From the UHGV virus genome UHGV-0277504: a DNA stretch of 64,000 nt. The stretch is one strand, 5' to 3'. The position numbers and the translations under genes are program-made. This document shows, in pieces, positions 39,766-49,568 of this stretch (positions are counted from its first letter, which is position 1; every line of letters begins with the position of its first letter). The notes beneath the pieces were generated by a model, which was not told the origin of the DNA, made no database searches, and was given only the letters and a program-made list of their open reading frames with translations. The DNA is from a virus.

Positions 39766-40354
39766 ATTATCGAAATCAATATTAACAAACAAAAAAATAG
39801 AAGATTTAATAGATATGGTAGATTCTTTTGAATTACAACAAGTAAGAAAAGTAATCGGTGATGATAATTTTTCTAATATTATTACAATTGTAAATTCTTT
39901 AGATAATGATTACTCAAAAGTATTACTTGTCGGTGTATTAGATAAATTATTACATTCTACACCTTTAGTAGAGTATGATGACGTGTATACTACGTTACGT
40001 AAATACGATGAAGCAGAGCTAAAAGAAGAGACAGCTAATTTAATAGTTCAAAATACATTATATGATAATTGTACTATTATACCTGAAAAAGAATTACCTA
40101 ATATAGGTGATTTAGAATCAGTGCAGAATTTAATTAAAGTTATTAATGTACTATCAATTATAGAAACTCCTAGTACAAAAGATTTATTTTCTGTAAGTGA
40201 AGAATTTTTAAGTATAAAAGAATTAATGAATAACTATGACTTAAATGTAGAAGGTATTATAGATAAATTATATAATTTAGATAAAAATATTGAAGATAAA
40301 GATAGTTTACCTAAAGATTTAGAAGAATTAATAAAGTATGTAATTGAATATTAA
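39716..40354 (+). CDS. hypothetical protein (probable true start at MSKLSKSIL ~39758)
   Basis: 212-aa ORF; internal ATG overlaps upstream stop. Confidence 0.5.
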   Translation: MFLSKNYQRSGKSKMSKLSKSILTNKKIEDLIDMVDSFELQQVRKVIGDDNFSNIITIVNSLDNDYSKVLLVGVLDKLLHSTPLVEYDDVYTTLRKYDEAELKEETANLIVQNTLYDNCTIIPEKELPNIGDLESVQNLIKVINVLSIIETPSTKDLFSVSEEFLSIKELMNNYDLNVEGIIDKLYNLDKNIEDKDSLPKDLEELIKYVIEY

Positions 40355-40361
40355 AATATAG

Positions 40362-40565
40362 GTGGTTATGTGTATTATGAAAAATTTATTTAAAGTGTTT
40401 TTAGATAATTATGAAGTATTTGTGGTTGCTAATAATGATAAAGAAGCAGAAAACCATTGTTTTAAATTTTTAGATTTTAATAAAATTAGTATAAGTAAAG
40501 TAAAGCAAGTTAAAAGTGATGATATTTATCCTTATTTTGTTAGGGGTAAAAGTTATGCAAGCTAA
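40362..40565 (+). CDS. hypothetical protein
   Basis: 67 aa. Confidence 0.4.
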   Translation: MVMCIMKNLFKVFLDNYEVFVVANNDKEAENHCFKFLDFNKISISKVKQVKSDDIYPYFVRGKSYAS

Positions 40566-40971
40566 ATTATACACAGACGGTAGTTCTAACTATAAATTAG
40601 GTAAAGTTGGAACAGGTGCAGTAATTGTAGATAATAGTAATAACATTTTATCAGAAATAAGTAAGGAAGTTGACAAACCAGAACTCTTAAAGTATAATAA
40701 TGTTGCAGGTGAAATACTAGCTTGTTGTTACGGTATAGAAAAGTGTATAGAACTAGGTGTCAAACAAGTAGAAATACATGTAGATTATATCGGATTAATT
40801 AAGTGGTATGATGGAACATGGCGTACAAAAAATAATTTTACTAAATTATACGTTAATATGTTAAGAGAATATGGTAAATTTATTGATTTTAATTTTATTA
40901 AAGTTAAAGCACACTCAAACGATAAGTGGAATGAGTACGCTGATAAACTTGCAAAAAAATCTATAAAATAA
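40552..40971 (+). CDS. rnhA: ribonuclease H
   Basis: YTDGSS…GAG…E…KVKAHSNDKWNEYADKLA: classical RNase H1 DEDD motifs; start MQAKLYTDGS. Confidence 0.7.
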   Translation, partial: VMQAKLYTDGSSNYKLGKVGTGAVIVDNSNNILSEISKEVDKPELLKYNNVAGEILACCYGIEKCIELGVKQVEIHVDYIGLIKWYDGTWRTKNNFTKLYVNMLREYGKFIDFNFIKVKAHSNDKWNEYADKLAKKSIK

Positions 40972-40985
40972 AAGGAGAAAAAGTT

Positions 40986-41498
40986 ATGAGAAAAATTAAT
41001 CCAGTTGTTAAATTTGAAAAATTAATAAGAACGAGTGATGTAGAAAAGGTTAGTAATTACATTCAAAATAATAATTTACCATTAAATGTAGAAGATAATA
41101 ATGATATTAATGCTATTAATAGATATTTAGTTAGTGATGATGGTAAGTTTATTGCTAAATACAATAAAGATAAAAACGCAGTAGGTTTTTATAAAGAAGT
41201 AGGAGATACTGTTAAACATTTAACACATGTTACAAGAGAAGAGCTAGGTAATACTACTTTCACTATTAAAGAAAAAGAATATATTAATTTAGTAACAGAA
41301 GTATTACCTCAAGGAGATATTTTATTAAAAACAAGTTATGAAATAGTAACTATTGATAACGATTCTGTATTAGGTTTTATTTCAGATGTAATGTATGATG
41401 TAGATGATGTTGAAGAGATTATTTACACAGGATTGTCTAGAGGTAGAACTGAAAATGTTATTTTAGATTTTCAATTAGATAAATATTTAAGTAACTAA
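40986..41498 (+). CDS. hypothetical protein
   Basis: 170 aa. Confidence 0.5.
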   Translation: MRKINPVVKFEKLIRTSDVEKVSNYIQNNNLPLNVEDNNDINAINRYLVSDDGKFIAKYNKDKNAVGFYKEVGDTVKHLTHVTREELGNTTFTIKEKEYINLVTEVLPQGDILLKTSYEIVTIDNDSVLGFISDVMYDVDDVEEIIYTGLSRGRTENVILDFQLDKYLSN

Positions 41499-41525
41499 AA
41501 AAATAATTTTTAAGGTGGAACTTCG

Positions 41526-42263
41526 ATGTCAAAAGAATTAGAATATAAATTAAGAGAGTATCCTAATGTTAGATATAATATGTTAGAACATACAGTATTT
41601 AATGAATTTTTAAATAAAGCTACACAAGAACAATTACAGTTTTGTGAGGACTTCTTTAATGATGAAGTAGAGATTTTATTTAACGAAAGTCCAGCGGGAA
41701 CAGGTAAAACTATGTGTAGTGTTGCATGTGCTTATGCAGATTGGTTAAATAAAGGAAAGAAATTAGTATTTATTATTGCTCCAGTTTCAGAAGATTTAGG
41801 TAGTAGACCAGGAAATCAAACAGAAAAAGAAATGGCATATTTTATGGGATTACACGATGCTATTACAGAACTAAATATGGTACCAGAACAAGTTATAACA
41901 GAAATGTTACTCATGGATGAAAACCATAAAGAAAACGACTTAGTAGAATGTTGGGTATCTCAAATCTCTCATTTATTCTTACGTGGTGGTAATTTGAAAA
42001 ATGTAACAGTAGTTATAAATGAAGCTCAAAACTTTAAACGTTCTGAATTAAAAAAAGTATTGACAAGACTACATTCTAATTCTAAATGTATTGTTGAAGG
42101 TAACTATAGACAAATTGATTTAAGACAAAATAATAAATCTGGATTTGAACCTTATGTAGATTACTTTAAATCAGAGAATTATCAAGGTGCAGTATATCAT
42201 CACTTTACAACTAATTTTAGAAGTAAAATAGCACAGTTTGCAGACAATTTTAATTGGAAATAA
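41526..42263 (+). CDS. phoH: PhoH-like ATPase
   Basis: Walker A SPAGTGKT; PhoH-type VVINEAQN box. Confidence 0.7.
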   Translation: MSKELEYKLREYPNVRYNMLEHTVFNEFLNKATQEQLQFCEDFFNDEVEILFNESPAGTGKTMCSVACAYADWLNKGKKLVFIIAPVSEDLGSRPGNQTEKEMAYFMGLHDAITELNMVPEQVITEMLLMDENHKENDLVECWVSQISHLFLRGGNLKNVTVVINEAQNFKRSELKKVLTRLHSNSKCIVEGNYRQIDLRQNNKSGFEPYVDYFKSENYQGAVYHHFTTNFRSKIAQFADNFNWK

Positions 42264-42283
42264 AAAATATTAAAAAAAGTATA

Positions 42284-42312
42284 TTGACATTTATATCTCC
42301 CTGTTATACAAT
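42284..42312 (+). promoter_or_regulatory. sigma-70-type promoter (AAAAGTATATTGACA-17-TACAAT)
   Basis: hexamers and spacing. Confidence 0.55.
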
Positions 42313-42334
42313 ATATCATACAGGGAGGCTTTTT

Positions 42335-42433
42335 ATGAATAAACTAACAAAGGAAGAAGTCAAACAAATATATACAAGCACTAAGACACAAGATGACAAA
42401 TATAAAAAGAGTAGAAAGATTAAAAGAATATAA
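42335..42433 (+). CDS. small basic peptide (32 aa, MNKLTKEEVKQIYTSTKTQDDKYKKSRKIKRI)
   Basis: GGGAGG SD 6 nt upstream; lies between promoter and first methyltransferase gene; below ORF-track cutoff. Confidence 0.35.
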   Translation: MNKLTKEEVKQIYTSTKTQDDKYKKSRKIKRI

Positions 42434-42447
42434 AGGAGAGTAAACTT

Positions 42448-43029
42448 ATGAGTGAAAAATATTTAACAGGAACATCTTTATCAGGAACATCAACTACAAG
42501 AGATAGGGTAGAGAATGATTATTATGCTACTCCACCAGAGAGCACTTTAAAATTATTAGAAGTAGAGGAATTTAAGGGGAATGTATTAGAACCCTGTTGT
42601 GGAGAAGGACATATATCAGAAGTATTAAAGAAAAAAGGGTTTGAAGTACACTCCAATGATTTAATAAACAGAGGTTATGGGGAAGATAACAAAGACTTTT
42701 TAAAAGAAGGTTTTAGAACTTATGACAATATTATTACAAATCCACCTTATAAGTATGCTAAGGAATTTATTGAAAAGGCATTAAAAATAACAACAGGAAA
42801 AGTAGCTATGTTTTGTAAGATTCAATTATTAGAAGGTGTATCTAGATATGATATGTTTCAAAATTCTCCTTTAAAAACAGTCTATGTATTTACTAAAAGA
42901 CAGAACCCTTGGCGTAATGGTAGTCCAGTAGATGAGAATGGTAAAAAATGGGCTAGTACAATGTGCTTTGCATGGTTTGTTTTTGAACATGGTTATGATG
43001 GAAAACCAACGATAGAATGGTTATTATAA
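42448..43029 (+). CDS. DNA N6-adenine methyltransferase (NPPY motif)
   Basis: TNPPYKY catalytic motif, EPCCGEGH AdoMet-binding-like motif. Confidence 0.65.
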   Translation: MSEKYLTGTSLSGTSTTRDRVENDYYATPPESTLKLLEVEEFKGNVLEPCCGEGHISEVLKKKGFEVHSNDLINRGYGEDNKDFLKEGFRTYDNIITNPPYKYAKEFIEKALKITTGKVAMFCKIQLLEGVSRYDMFQNSPLKTVYVFTKRQNPWRNGSPVDENGKKWASTMCFAWFVFEHGYDGKPTIEWLL

Positions 43030-43037
43030 AAAAAGTA

Positions 43038-43066
43038 TTGACATTGATATAAAAATGATGTAAAAT
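43038..43066 (+). promoter_or_regulatory. sigma-70-type promoter (AAAAAGTATTGACA-17-TAAAAT)
   Basis: hexamers and spacing. Confidence 0.5.
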
Positions 43067-43099
43067 AAAGATATAATAAAAATAAAGGAGATTTAAACT

Positions 43100-43789
43100 A
43101 TGATTAATTTATTACAAGGAGATTGTATAAAACTTATTGAAAAATTAGAGGACAACAGTGTTAATGCTATTATTACAGACCCACCGTATAACATTGCAAA
43201 AAAGAATAATTTTACTACTATGGGTAGAGCAGGTATTGATTTTGGAGATTGGGATAAAGAATTTGATGAAATTGCATGGATTGAAAAAGCAATTCCTAAA
43301 ATAAAAAAAGGTGGTAATATTGTAGTATTCTGTGATATGAGACAATTTACACCTATTATAGAAAAAATGGAAAGTTTAGGTTGTGAATTTAAAGATGTTA
43401 TCCGTATGGTTAAGTCAAATCCTATGCCTAGAAATAGGGATAGACGTTTTATTTTTGATACAGAATTTGCATTATATTTTATTAAAAAAGGCGCTAAATG
43501 GACTTTTAATAGATTAGATGAGAAATATGAAAGACCTTTAATTGAGACAACTGTTACACCTAAATCGCAAAAGGTCGATAAAGGACACCCAACACAGAAA
43601 CCTCTATATGCTATGGAATGGTTATTAGAGAGACTTACAAATGAAGGCGATACTATTCTTGACCCGTTTATGGGTAGTGGTACTACTGGAGTAGCTTGCC
43701 AAAAATTAAATCGTGATTTTATTGGTTGTGAATTATCCGATGAATATTTTAAAATGGCACAAAAGAGATTACAATATGGACTTAAATAG
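43100..43789 (+). CDS. DNA methyltransferase, beta-class (DPPY…SGTT)
   Basis: ITDPPYN motif IV followed by C-terminal FMGSGTTGVAC motif I (circularly permuted N6A/N4C class). Confidence 0.7.
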   Translation: MINLLQGDCIKLIEKLEDNSVNAIITDPPYNIAKKNNFTTMGRAGIDFGDWDKEFDEIAWIEKAIPKIKKGGNIVVFCDMRQFTPIIEKMESLGCEFKDVIRMVKSNPMPRNRDRRFIFDTEFALYFIKKGAKWTFNRLDEKYERPLIETTVTPKSQKVDKGHPTQKPLYAMEWLLERLTNEGDTILDPFMGSGTTGVACQKLNRDFIGCELSDEYFKMAQKRLQYGLK

Positions 43790-43802
43790 GAGGATAATTT
43801 AA

Positions 43803-44618
43803 ATGGAATTAAATAAAATTTATAATGAAGATTGTTTAGAGGGTATGAATAAAATACCTGATAAATCAGTAGATATGATACTTTGTGATTTACCCTATGA
43901 AGTTACTGCTTTAAAATGGGATAAGATTATACCTTTAGATAAATTATGGGAACAATATGAAAGAATTATTAAAGATAATGGTGCTATTGTTTTAACAGCT
44001 ACTCAACCCTTTACAAGTAAACTTGTAATGAGTAATTCTAAATTATTTAAACATGAATGGATTTGGGAAAAACAAAAAGCAAACAACTTCATGGGTGCTA
44101 AGTATCAACCATTAAAATATCATGAGAATATATTGGTTTTTGGTAAGGGTAAAGTAAATTATTATCCTCAGAAATATAAAGTGTTAGAAGTAGAAGAAAT
44201 AATTGAAATGAATAAAAAAGAATTAACAAACTTAATGAAAACTAGAGATTATGATAGATTTGGAAAAGTAGACAGACGTAAGACAATTAATAACTCTAAA
44301 AGTAATAAAGATTATTTAGGAACAAAAGTAACTAGAAATAGAACAAAAGATACAGGTTATAGAAATCCTAAAAGTGTTTTGAAAATTAATAAAGAGATTA
44401 ATGGTTTATTACACCCTACACAAAAACCAGTAGCTTTATTTGAATACTTAATTAAAACATACTCTAACGAGGGAGATACTGTTTTAGATAACTGTATGGG
44501 AAGTGGTACTACTGCTATTGCTTGTTTAAATACTAATAGAAATTATATAGGATTTGAATTAGATGAAGAATATTATAATAAATCTTTAGATAGAATAGAA
44601 GAACACAAAGGAGAATAA
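43803..44618 (+). CDS. DNA methyltransferase, beta-class (DLPY…SGTT), paralog of 43100
   Basis: CDLPYE motif IV, CMGSGTTAIAC motif I. Confidence 0.65.
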   Translation: MELNKIYNEDCLEGMNKIPDKSVDMILCDLPYEVTALKWDKIIPLDKLWEQYERIIKDNGAIVLTATQPFTSKLVMSNSKLFKHEWIWEKQKANNFMGAKYQPLKYHENILVFGKGKVNYYPQKYKVLEVEEIIEMNKKELTNLMKTRDYDRFGKVDRRKTINNSKSNKDYLGTKVTRNRTKDTGYRNPKSVLKINKEINGLLHPTQKPVALFEYLIKTYSNEGDTVLDNCMGSGTTAIACLNTNRNYIGFELDEEYYNKSLDRIEEHKGE

Positions 44619-44622
44619 AATT

Positions 44623-44883
44623 ATGAAAAAACTATCATACAGTTTTCAAAAAGGTAATTTTTGGAGTAAGTTGTTATGGATTGTTGGATTAACATTATCT
44701 CTAATTGTTGGTTGGTGCGTAATTGAGAGTATAGGTTTCTTCTTACAGACAACTGTAGGTACAATAGGATTGTTGTGTATTAGTCCTATTGTAGCTTTAG
44801 GTATTATTGCTTTCAGTATTGTAAAATATCCTAGAGTACGTGACCGAGATAGCTACTCTGACTATGTTAAAAAATACTTATAA
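44623..44883 (+). CDS. membrane protein
   Basis: 86 aa, 2 TM. Confidence 0.45.
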   Translation: MKKLSYSFQKGNFWSKLLWIVGLTLSLIVGWCVIESIGFFLQTTVGTIGLLCISPIVALGIIAFSIVKYPRVRDRDSYSDYVKKYL

Positions 44884-44895
44884 AGGAGGCATACG

Positions 44896-45951
44896 ATGGA
44901 ATTACAAGAAGTAACTTTATTAACTCCTTTAGATAATTTTGTAGTGTATAAAAACGGAAGAAGGAGAGTTTATGTAAATTGTTTATGTATATGTGGTAAT
45001 AAAATATGTGTCAGAGAAGATTCTTTTAAAACAAAAACAATAAAGTCTTGTGGTTGCTATAAAAAATATATTTATAATAAAGTGAAAAACCAACCTTTTC
45101 CTATAAATATAAAACGTATAAAAAATAATATTTACTATCCTATATATGGTTTTATAGGTTATTATATATCTATGAATGGTAAAATATATAGTGAATTTAC
45201 AGACAGATTTATAAAAAGAAGAAAAAACAAGAAAAATTATGTTATAGTTTCTATAATGGAAAGTGATAAAACAAAGTCTGAGCCTGTATTGTTGCATAGG
45301 TTATTAGCAAAGACGTTTATACTTAATAAAGATAATAAAGAAACAGTAAATCATAAAGATTTTAACACGTTAAACTACTCTCTATCTAACTTAGAGTGGG
45401 CAACACAACAGGAAAATAACAGTCATAGGAATAACGCAAATTATAGTGGAGAAAGAAATAATAAATCCTTTAAATTAAAACCAGAAGATGTTAAAGAAAT
45501 TTACGAATCCACCCTACCATATGAGGAGTTAGAATCATATTACGGTGTTAAAAAACAAATGTTATACAAAATAAAAAATGGCAAGTGTTGGTATGAAGTA
45601 ACAAAAGATTTAAAAAAAGGAAATTCAGATAAAAACTACTTAGACAATGAAACAATTAAAAGAATTTATAAAGAAGAAGGAAAAATAAAAGATATTGCTA
45701 AAAAATACAACGTATCAAGAGAAACTGTATCAAAAATTAAGCAACGTAAAATACATTCCAATGTTACAAAAGACTTAGTAAAAGGAGAATCTACTCACAA
45801 TCATTTCACTAAAGAATTAGTTAAGAGTATATATCTGTGTGAAGGAACGCAAAAGTATATTGCAAATAAATTTAATATCAGTCAGTCAGCTGTATCAAAT
45901 ATAAAAAGTGGAAAAACATATAGTAATATTACAAAATATATTAAGAAATGA
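44896..45951 (+). CDS. free-standing HNH homing endonuclease with C-terminal NUMOD-like HTH repeats
   Basis: HNH_3-type motif VNHKDFNTLNYSLSNLEWATQQEN; three repeated ~35-aa modules ending …KIKxGKxxxNVTK. Confidence 0.65.
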   Translation: MELQEVTLLTPLDNFVVYKNGRRRVYVNCLCICGNKICVREDSFKTKTIKSCGCYKKYIYNKVKNQPFPINIKRIKNNIYYPIYGFIGYYISMNGKIYSEFTDRFIKRRKNKKNYVIVSIMESDKTKSEPVLLHRLLAKTFILNKDNKETVNHKDFNTLNYSLSNLEWATQQENNSHRNNANYSGERNNKSFKLKPEDVKEIYESTLPYEELESYYGVKKQMLYKIKNGKCWYEVTKDLKKGNSDKNYLDNETIKRIYKEEGKIKDIAKKYNVSRETVSKIKQRKIHSNVTKDLVKGESTHNHFTKELVKSIYLCEGTQKYIANKFNISQSAVSNIKSGKTYSNITKYIKK

Positions 45952-45995
45952 GTATTCAGAGTATACAAGAAAATATTTATAAAGGAGAATAAATT

Positions 45996-46589
45996 ATGGT
46001 AAATGAAATTAAAGACAAGAAAGTATATTTAGGAGGGCATCTACTTAACCAAGCAATGGTAGAATATAGACAAAAACAACATGATGAAGTGGAAGGTATT
46101 ATAGGTATAACACCTTATTCTCCTATTAATGATAAATCAATTAATGATAAGGAAAATGCTGTACAAGAAGGTCTTGCAGAAAGGATTCTTAACAATGATT
46201 TTAGAGCTATGCAAGAATCTGATATTTTTGTATTTGATGTATTAAATGAAGGTATTGGTACCATTGCTGAATTAAGTATTGTTCTAGGTATGAAACATCA
46301 AGCAGATAGAACCTTAGCATTAATTGAATCTCAATTACACTATGACCACCCAGAATATTATAATGTACATCAAATTGCATCTGAATCTAAAAAAATATTA
46401 GAGAAACCTGTTCTAATTTACTGTTCAGATATTCGTCAAGGACATGGTAAACCATATAGTGACCCAGACAGAGCTGAATTTAGTACGAACCAATTCGTTT
46501 ATGGCATGATTTTATCATTAACCAATGGCAAAGGATTTATGTCTTGGGAAGAGGTTAAAGAAGAATTAGAATATTTAGGAGGAAATTAA
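45996..46589 (+). CDS. nucleoside 2-deoxyribosyltransferase-like protein
   Basis: N-terminal VYLGGHL… and FVFDVLNEGIGTIAELS motifs resemble NDT family. Confidence 0.45.
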   Translation: MVNEIKDKKVYLGGHLLNQAMVEYRQKQHDEVEGIIGITPYSPINDKSINDKENAVQEGLAERILNNDFRAMQESDIFVFDVLNEGIGTIAELSIVLGMKHQADRTLALIESQLHYDHPEYYNVHQIASESKKILEKPVLIYCSDIRQGHGKPYSDPDRAEFSTNQFVYGMILSLTNGKGFMSWEEVKEELEYLGGN

Positions 46590-46590
46590 T

Positions 46591-46893
46591 ATGGATAATG
46601 TATCTAATAATGTAATTGAAAAAGTATCCAATGCATTAGGGTATAGTTGGAGTACTTTAGTACATCAGCAAATATGGAATGGTATTCTATTTTTACTAGT
46701 GGGCTTAGTTGTAGCTTTTGTAATTTATTTACTATGGTATAAATTTAATTTGAAATTAACAACTTCAAATGTAATTATAACATACTTACTGTTAGGGGTA
46801 TTATGTGTATCTTTATCTATATATGGTTTAGCTCATATTGTAAATCCTAGTTACTTTGCACTACAAGAAGCTAAAACCATAATTGCAAAATAA
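46591..46893 (+). CDS. membrane protein
   Basis: 100 aa, 2 TM. Confidence 0.45.
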   Translation: MDNVSNNVIEKVSNALGYSWSTLVHQQIWNGILFLLVGLVVAFVIYLLWYKFNLKLTTSNVIITYLLLGVLCVSLSIYGLAHIVNPSYFALQEAKTIIAK

Positions 46894-46962
46894 GTCAAAA
46901 GAGTAATCATTTTGATTACTCTTTTATTATATTAAGAAATAAAAAAGAATAGAGGAGACGTT

Positions 46963-47598
46963 ATGATAGCTCAAATAATATACAAGGATATACCTATATT
47001 ACTTGCTATGCTATATGGTATTTTAGTAATTATAGGATATATACCAGCTTTAATATCGTTAGTAAAAGATAAAAATCTAAATGGAGTTAGTAGTAGTTTT
47101 TGGTACTTAATAAGTGTAACTGTAGGTATTAGTTTTTATAATATAATATTAACTGGAGGAACACGATTTCAAGTAGTATCAATATTCTTAAACTTTCTTT
47201 TAGGTGTTGTTTGCTTACTAGTACTTAATTATCGTAAATTTAAATTTCATGGTATAGTTTATACAGTTATATTCTTATTAGCATTATATTTATTTTTAGG
47301 ATTATTAACTAGTATAGAAATTACACAAACAGTAGCTAGTGTATCTATTGTACTAGCTTATGTAGGACAAATATATAAATTTGTTAAATCTAAATCTTCT
47401 AGTGGTACTAATAAATGGTTATACTTACTTATAGGTGTAGGTTTATTAAGTTTAGTTACAAGTATGGTTTTAACTGATGTGTCTAATCATATTATTATAA
47501 CAGAATTAATTAATTTTATTTTAATATTAATTTGTTATTTTATGTCTAATTATTACTATAAAAGTGGGGTAGATATAAGTGAAAGACGAAGTAAGTAA
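46963..47598 (+). CDS. polytopic membrane protein (possibly PnuC-like transporter)
   Basis: 211 aa, ~6 TM segments; family assignment tentative. Confidence 0.4.
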   Translation: MIAQIIYKDIPILLAMLYGILVIIGYIPALISLVKDKNLNGVSSSFWYLISVTVGISFYNIILTGGTRFQVVSIFLNFLLGVVCLLVLNYRKFKFHGIVYTVIFLLALYLFLGLLTSIEITQTVASVSIVLAYVGQIYKFVKSKSSSGTNKWLYLLIGVGLLSLVTSMVLTDVSNHIIITELINFILILICYFMSNYYYKSGVDISERRSK

Positions 47599-47845
47599 AA
47601 CGGAAGTAATTTCAAATAATGAAATTATATTTTTAAGTACAATTAATAATATGTACATTAAAAGTGTAGATGAAGATAACATACCTATAGAATACACTAA
47701 AGATATTAAATATGCTCTATCTATGCCTAATACAATTAATTTTAAAAATTCAACTAAATATTTAACTTTAATAACAAATAAATCAGTAATACCTATAAAT
47801 AAAGTTACAGCTAAAACAACTACTATTACTACAGAAGAACTTTAA
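47579..47845 (+). CDS. hypothetical protein
   Basis: 88 aa. Confidence 0.4.
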   Translation: MKDEVSKTEVISNNEIIFLSTINNMYIKSVDEDNIPIEYTKDIKYALSMPNTINFKNSTKYLTLITNKSVIPINKVTAKTTTITTEEL

Positions 47846-47923
47846 AAAGTTCTTCTTTTTTTGTTGACAACTTTATAAGTAAATGTTATAGTAGATATAA
47901 GATAAATAAAGGAGGAATTTAAA

Positions 47924-48097
47924 TTGAAACCACTTATCACATTAACACAAGAAGAAACTAAGTTATTATTAGACTACTTAGAAACATTACAAGATGATAT
48001 GAGAAATTATGAAGGTATGAGAGAGTTGTATAACCATATACAATCAAAATACAAAATTTCTAAAGGTATTATAGTTGACAAAAATGAATATCTATGA
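47924..48097 (+). CDS. small protein with TTG start (57 aa, MKPLITLTQEETKLLLDYLETLQDDMRNYEGMRELYNHIQSKYKISKGIIVDKNEYL)
   Basis: Perfect SD AAGGAGG 8 nt before TTG at 47924; not in the ORF track. Confidence 0.45.
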   Translation: MKPLITLTQEETKLLLDYLETLQDDMRNYEGMRELYNHIQSKYKISKGIIVDKNEYL

Positions 48098-48136
48098 TAT
48101 ACTTAAAAAGTAATAAATAAAAAAGGAGATATAAAT

Positions 48137-48439
48137 ATGGATAAATTAGTTAAACTAGTAGAAGAATGGTCTAAAAATAAAGGATTAGATAAGTCTGATA
48201 GTTTTAGACAGTTAGCTAAAGTGCTCGAGGAAGTAGGAGAGGTAGCTTCAGCTTTAGCTAGAGCAGATAAGGAATTACTTGAAGATGGTATCGGAGATAC
48301 TATCGTAACCTTAATTATCTTAGCTCAACAGCAAGGACTAAAAATAGAAGATTGCTTAGCAACCGCTTATGGGGAGATTAAAGGCAGAACAGGTGAAATG
48401 AAAGACGGAATATTTGTTAAAAGTGAAGACCTTAAATAA
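48137..48439 (+). CDS. MazG-like nucleotide pyrophosphohydrolase
   Basis: EEVGEVASA…EDGIGDTIV MazG EExxE/D motifs, 100 aa. Confidence 0.65.
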   Translation: MDKLVKLVEEWSKNKGLDKSDSFRQLAKVLEEVGEVASALARADKELLEDGIGDTIVTLIILAQQQGLKIEDCLATAYGEIKGRTGEMKDGIFVKSEDLK

Positions 48440-48562
48440 GGTTAGATAAGGTAAATATTGTTATATTATGGGTGTATAAATTATTTATACATTCCATAAT
48501 ATCTTTCCTTTTCCCTTATTACTTATGTAGTAAGGGTTTTATTTTTATATTGGAGGTATATT

Positions 48563-48979
48563 ATGGATATTAAAGAATTTCTAGAAGGTCAACCTAAATC
48601 AGAGTATAAGGATAAACAGAAGTTAAAAGAAAGTATTATTAATACAAGTATTGAGATTACAAAAGTAAACCTAGATGATTTCAGAGAATTAGAAAAGTTA
48701 TTTGATGACTTAAAAGAATACATCCATATTTTAGAAATTAATTATGGTAAAGAAACAAATATAGAAATTCCTAGCCACTATTCAGGAACAAAAGATGTTA
48801 TATCATTTTTAGAAGAGCAATTTACAGCTGAAGCTTTTGTTAGTTCTATGGTGTTTAATATTGTTAAGTATACTACAAGATTAGGTAGAAAAGATGAAGA
48901 GGCAAAAGAAATCAGTAAAATTAAAAACTACTACTTAAGAATGCATAACTTTTTCTTAACAGGTGACTCACTTGGATAG
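48563..48979 (+). CDS. hypothetical protein
   Basis: 138 aa. Confidence 0.5.
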   Translation: MDIKEFLEGQPKSEYKDKQKLKESIINTSIEITKVNLDDFRELEKLFDDLKEYIHILEINYGKETNIEIPSHYSGTKDVISFLEEQFTAEAFVSSMVFNIVKYTTRLGRKDEEAKEISKIKNYYLRMHNFFLTGDSLG

Positions 48980-49289
48980 CCAAACATTCAATAATTTAAT
49001 CTATCTATGTAAGTCTACCTTTAACAGTTTAAGTAGTTACGATGTAGTAGACCATAATGTTACAACACACGCCACTGACGAAGGAGTTAAAAACTTCTAT
49101 ATAGCTTATATAAGATTAGAAGGTCACTTTATTTCAGTTCAAATTGACTTAGAAAAGTTATTAAATAATGATTCTATAGAAAATATGTATAAATATATAA
49201 TTAAATGTATAAAAATAGAAATACAAAAACACTATTTTAAAACATTTAATCAAAAAATAGATATTGATAGAATGTTAGATGAGGTATAG
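48963..49289 (+). CDS. hypothetical protein
   Basis: 108 aa. Confidence 0.45.
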   Translation: MTHLDSQTFNNLIYLCKSTFNSLSSYDVVDHNVTTHATDEGVKNFYIAYIRLEGHFISVQIDLEKLLNNDSIENMYKYIIKCIKIEIQKHYFKTFNQKIDIDRMLDEV

Positions 49290-49302
49290 TATATGAAAAA
49301 AA

Positions 49303-49455
49303 TTATTATTTTATTGAGTGTGATTGTTTTAGGTTCTTTAGTATATAGACATTACTATAAATCTGTATTAGAACAAGATGATATAGATACTTATTCAGAT
49401 ATTGATTTTAATAAAAACGACCATATACATTTAAATAATTTATAAAAGGACTATT
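49303..49455 (+). CDS. small membrane/secreted peptide (50 aa, MKKIIILLSVIVLGSLVY…)
   Basis: GAGGTA SD, hydrophobic N-terminus; below ORF-track cutoff. Confidence 0.35.
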
Positions 49456-49568
49456 AATTTAGTCCTTTAGTATTTAATAGACGCTTAATGTTTTTGTTAC
49501 TTCTTTGTAATAGTTTTATGTTATATTGGTACAGTAGAAAATTTGAAGAACGAAAGGATTTTTATTTT

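Noticed and set aside
44983-45297. Minus-strand ORF 44983..45297 and 43145..43345, 37435..37665, 34316..34612
   Set aside because: Antisense shadows within the HNH endonuclease, methyltransferase, endolysin and Bro-N genes.
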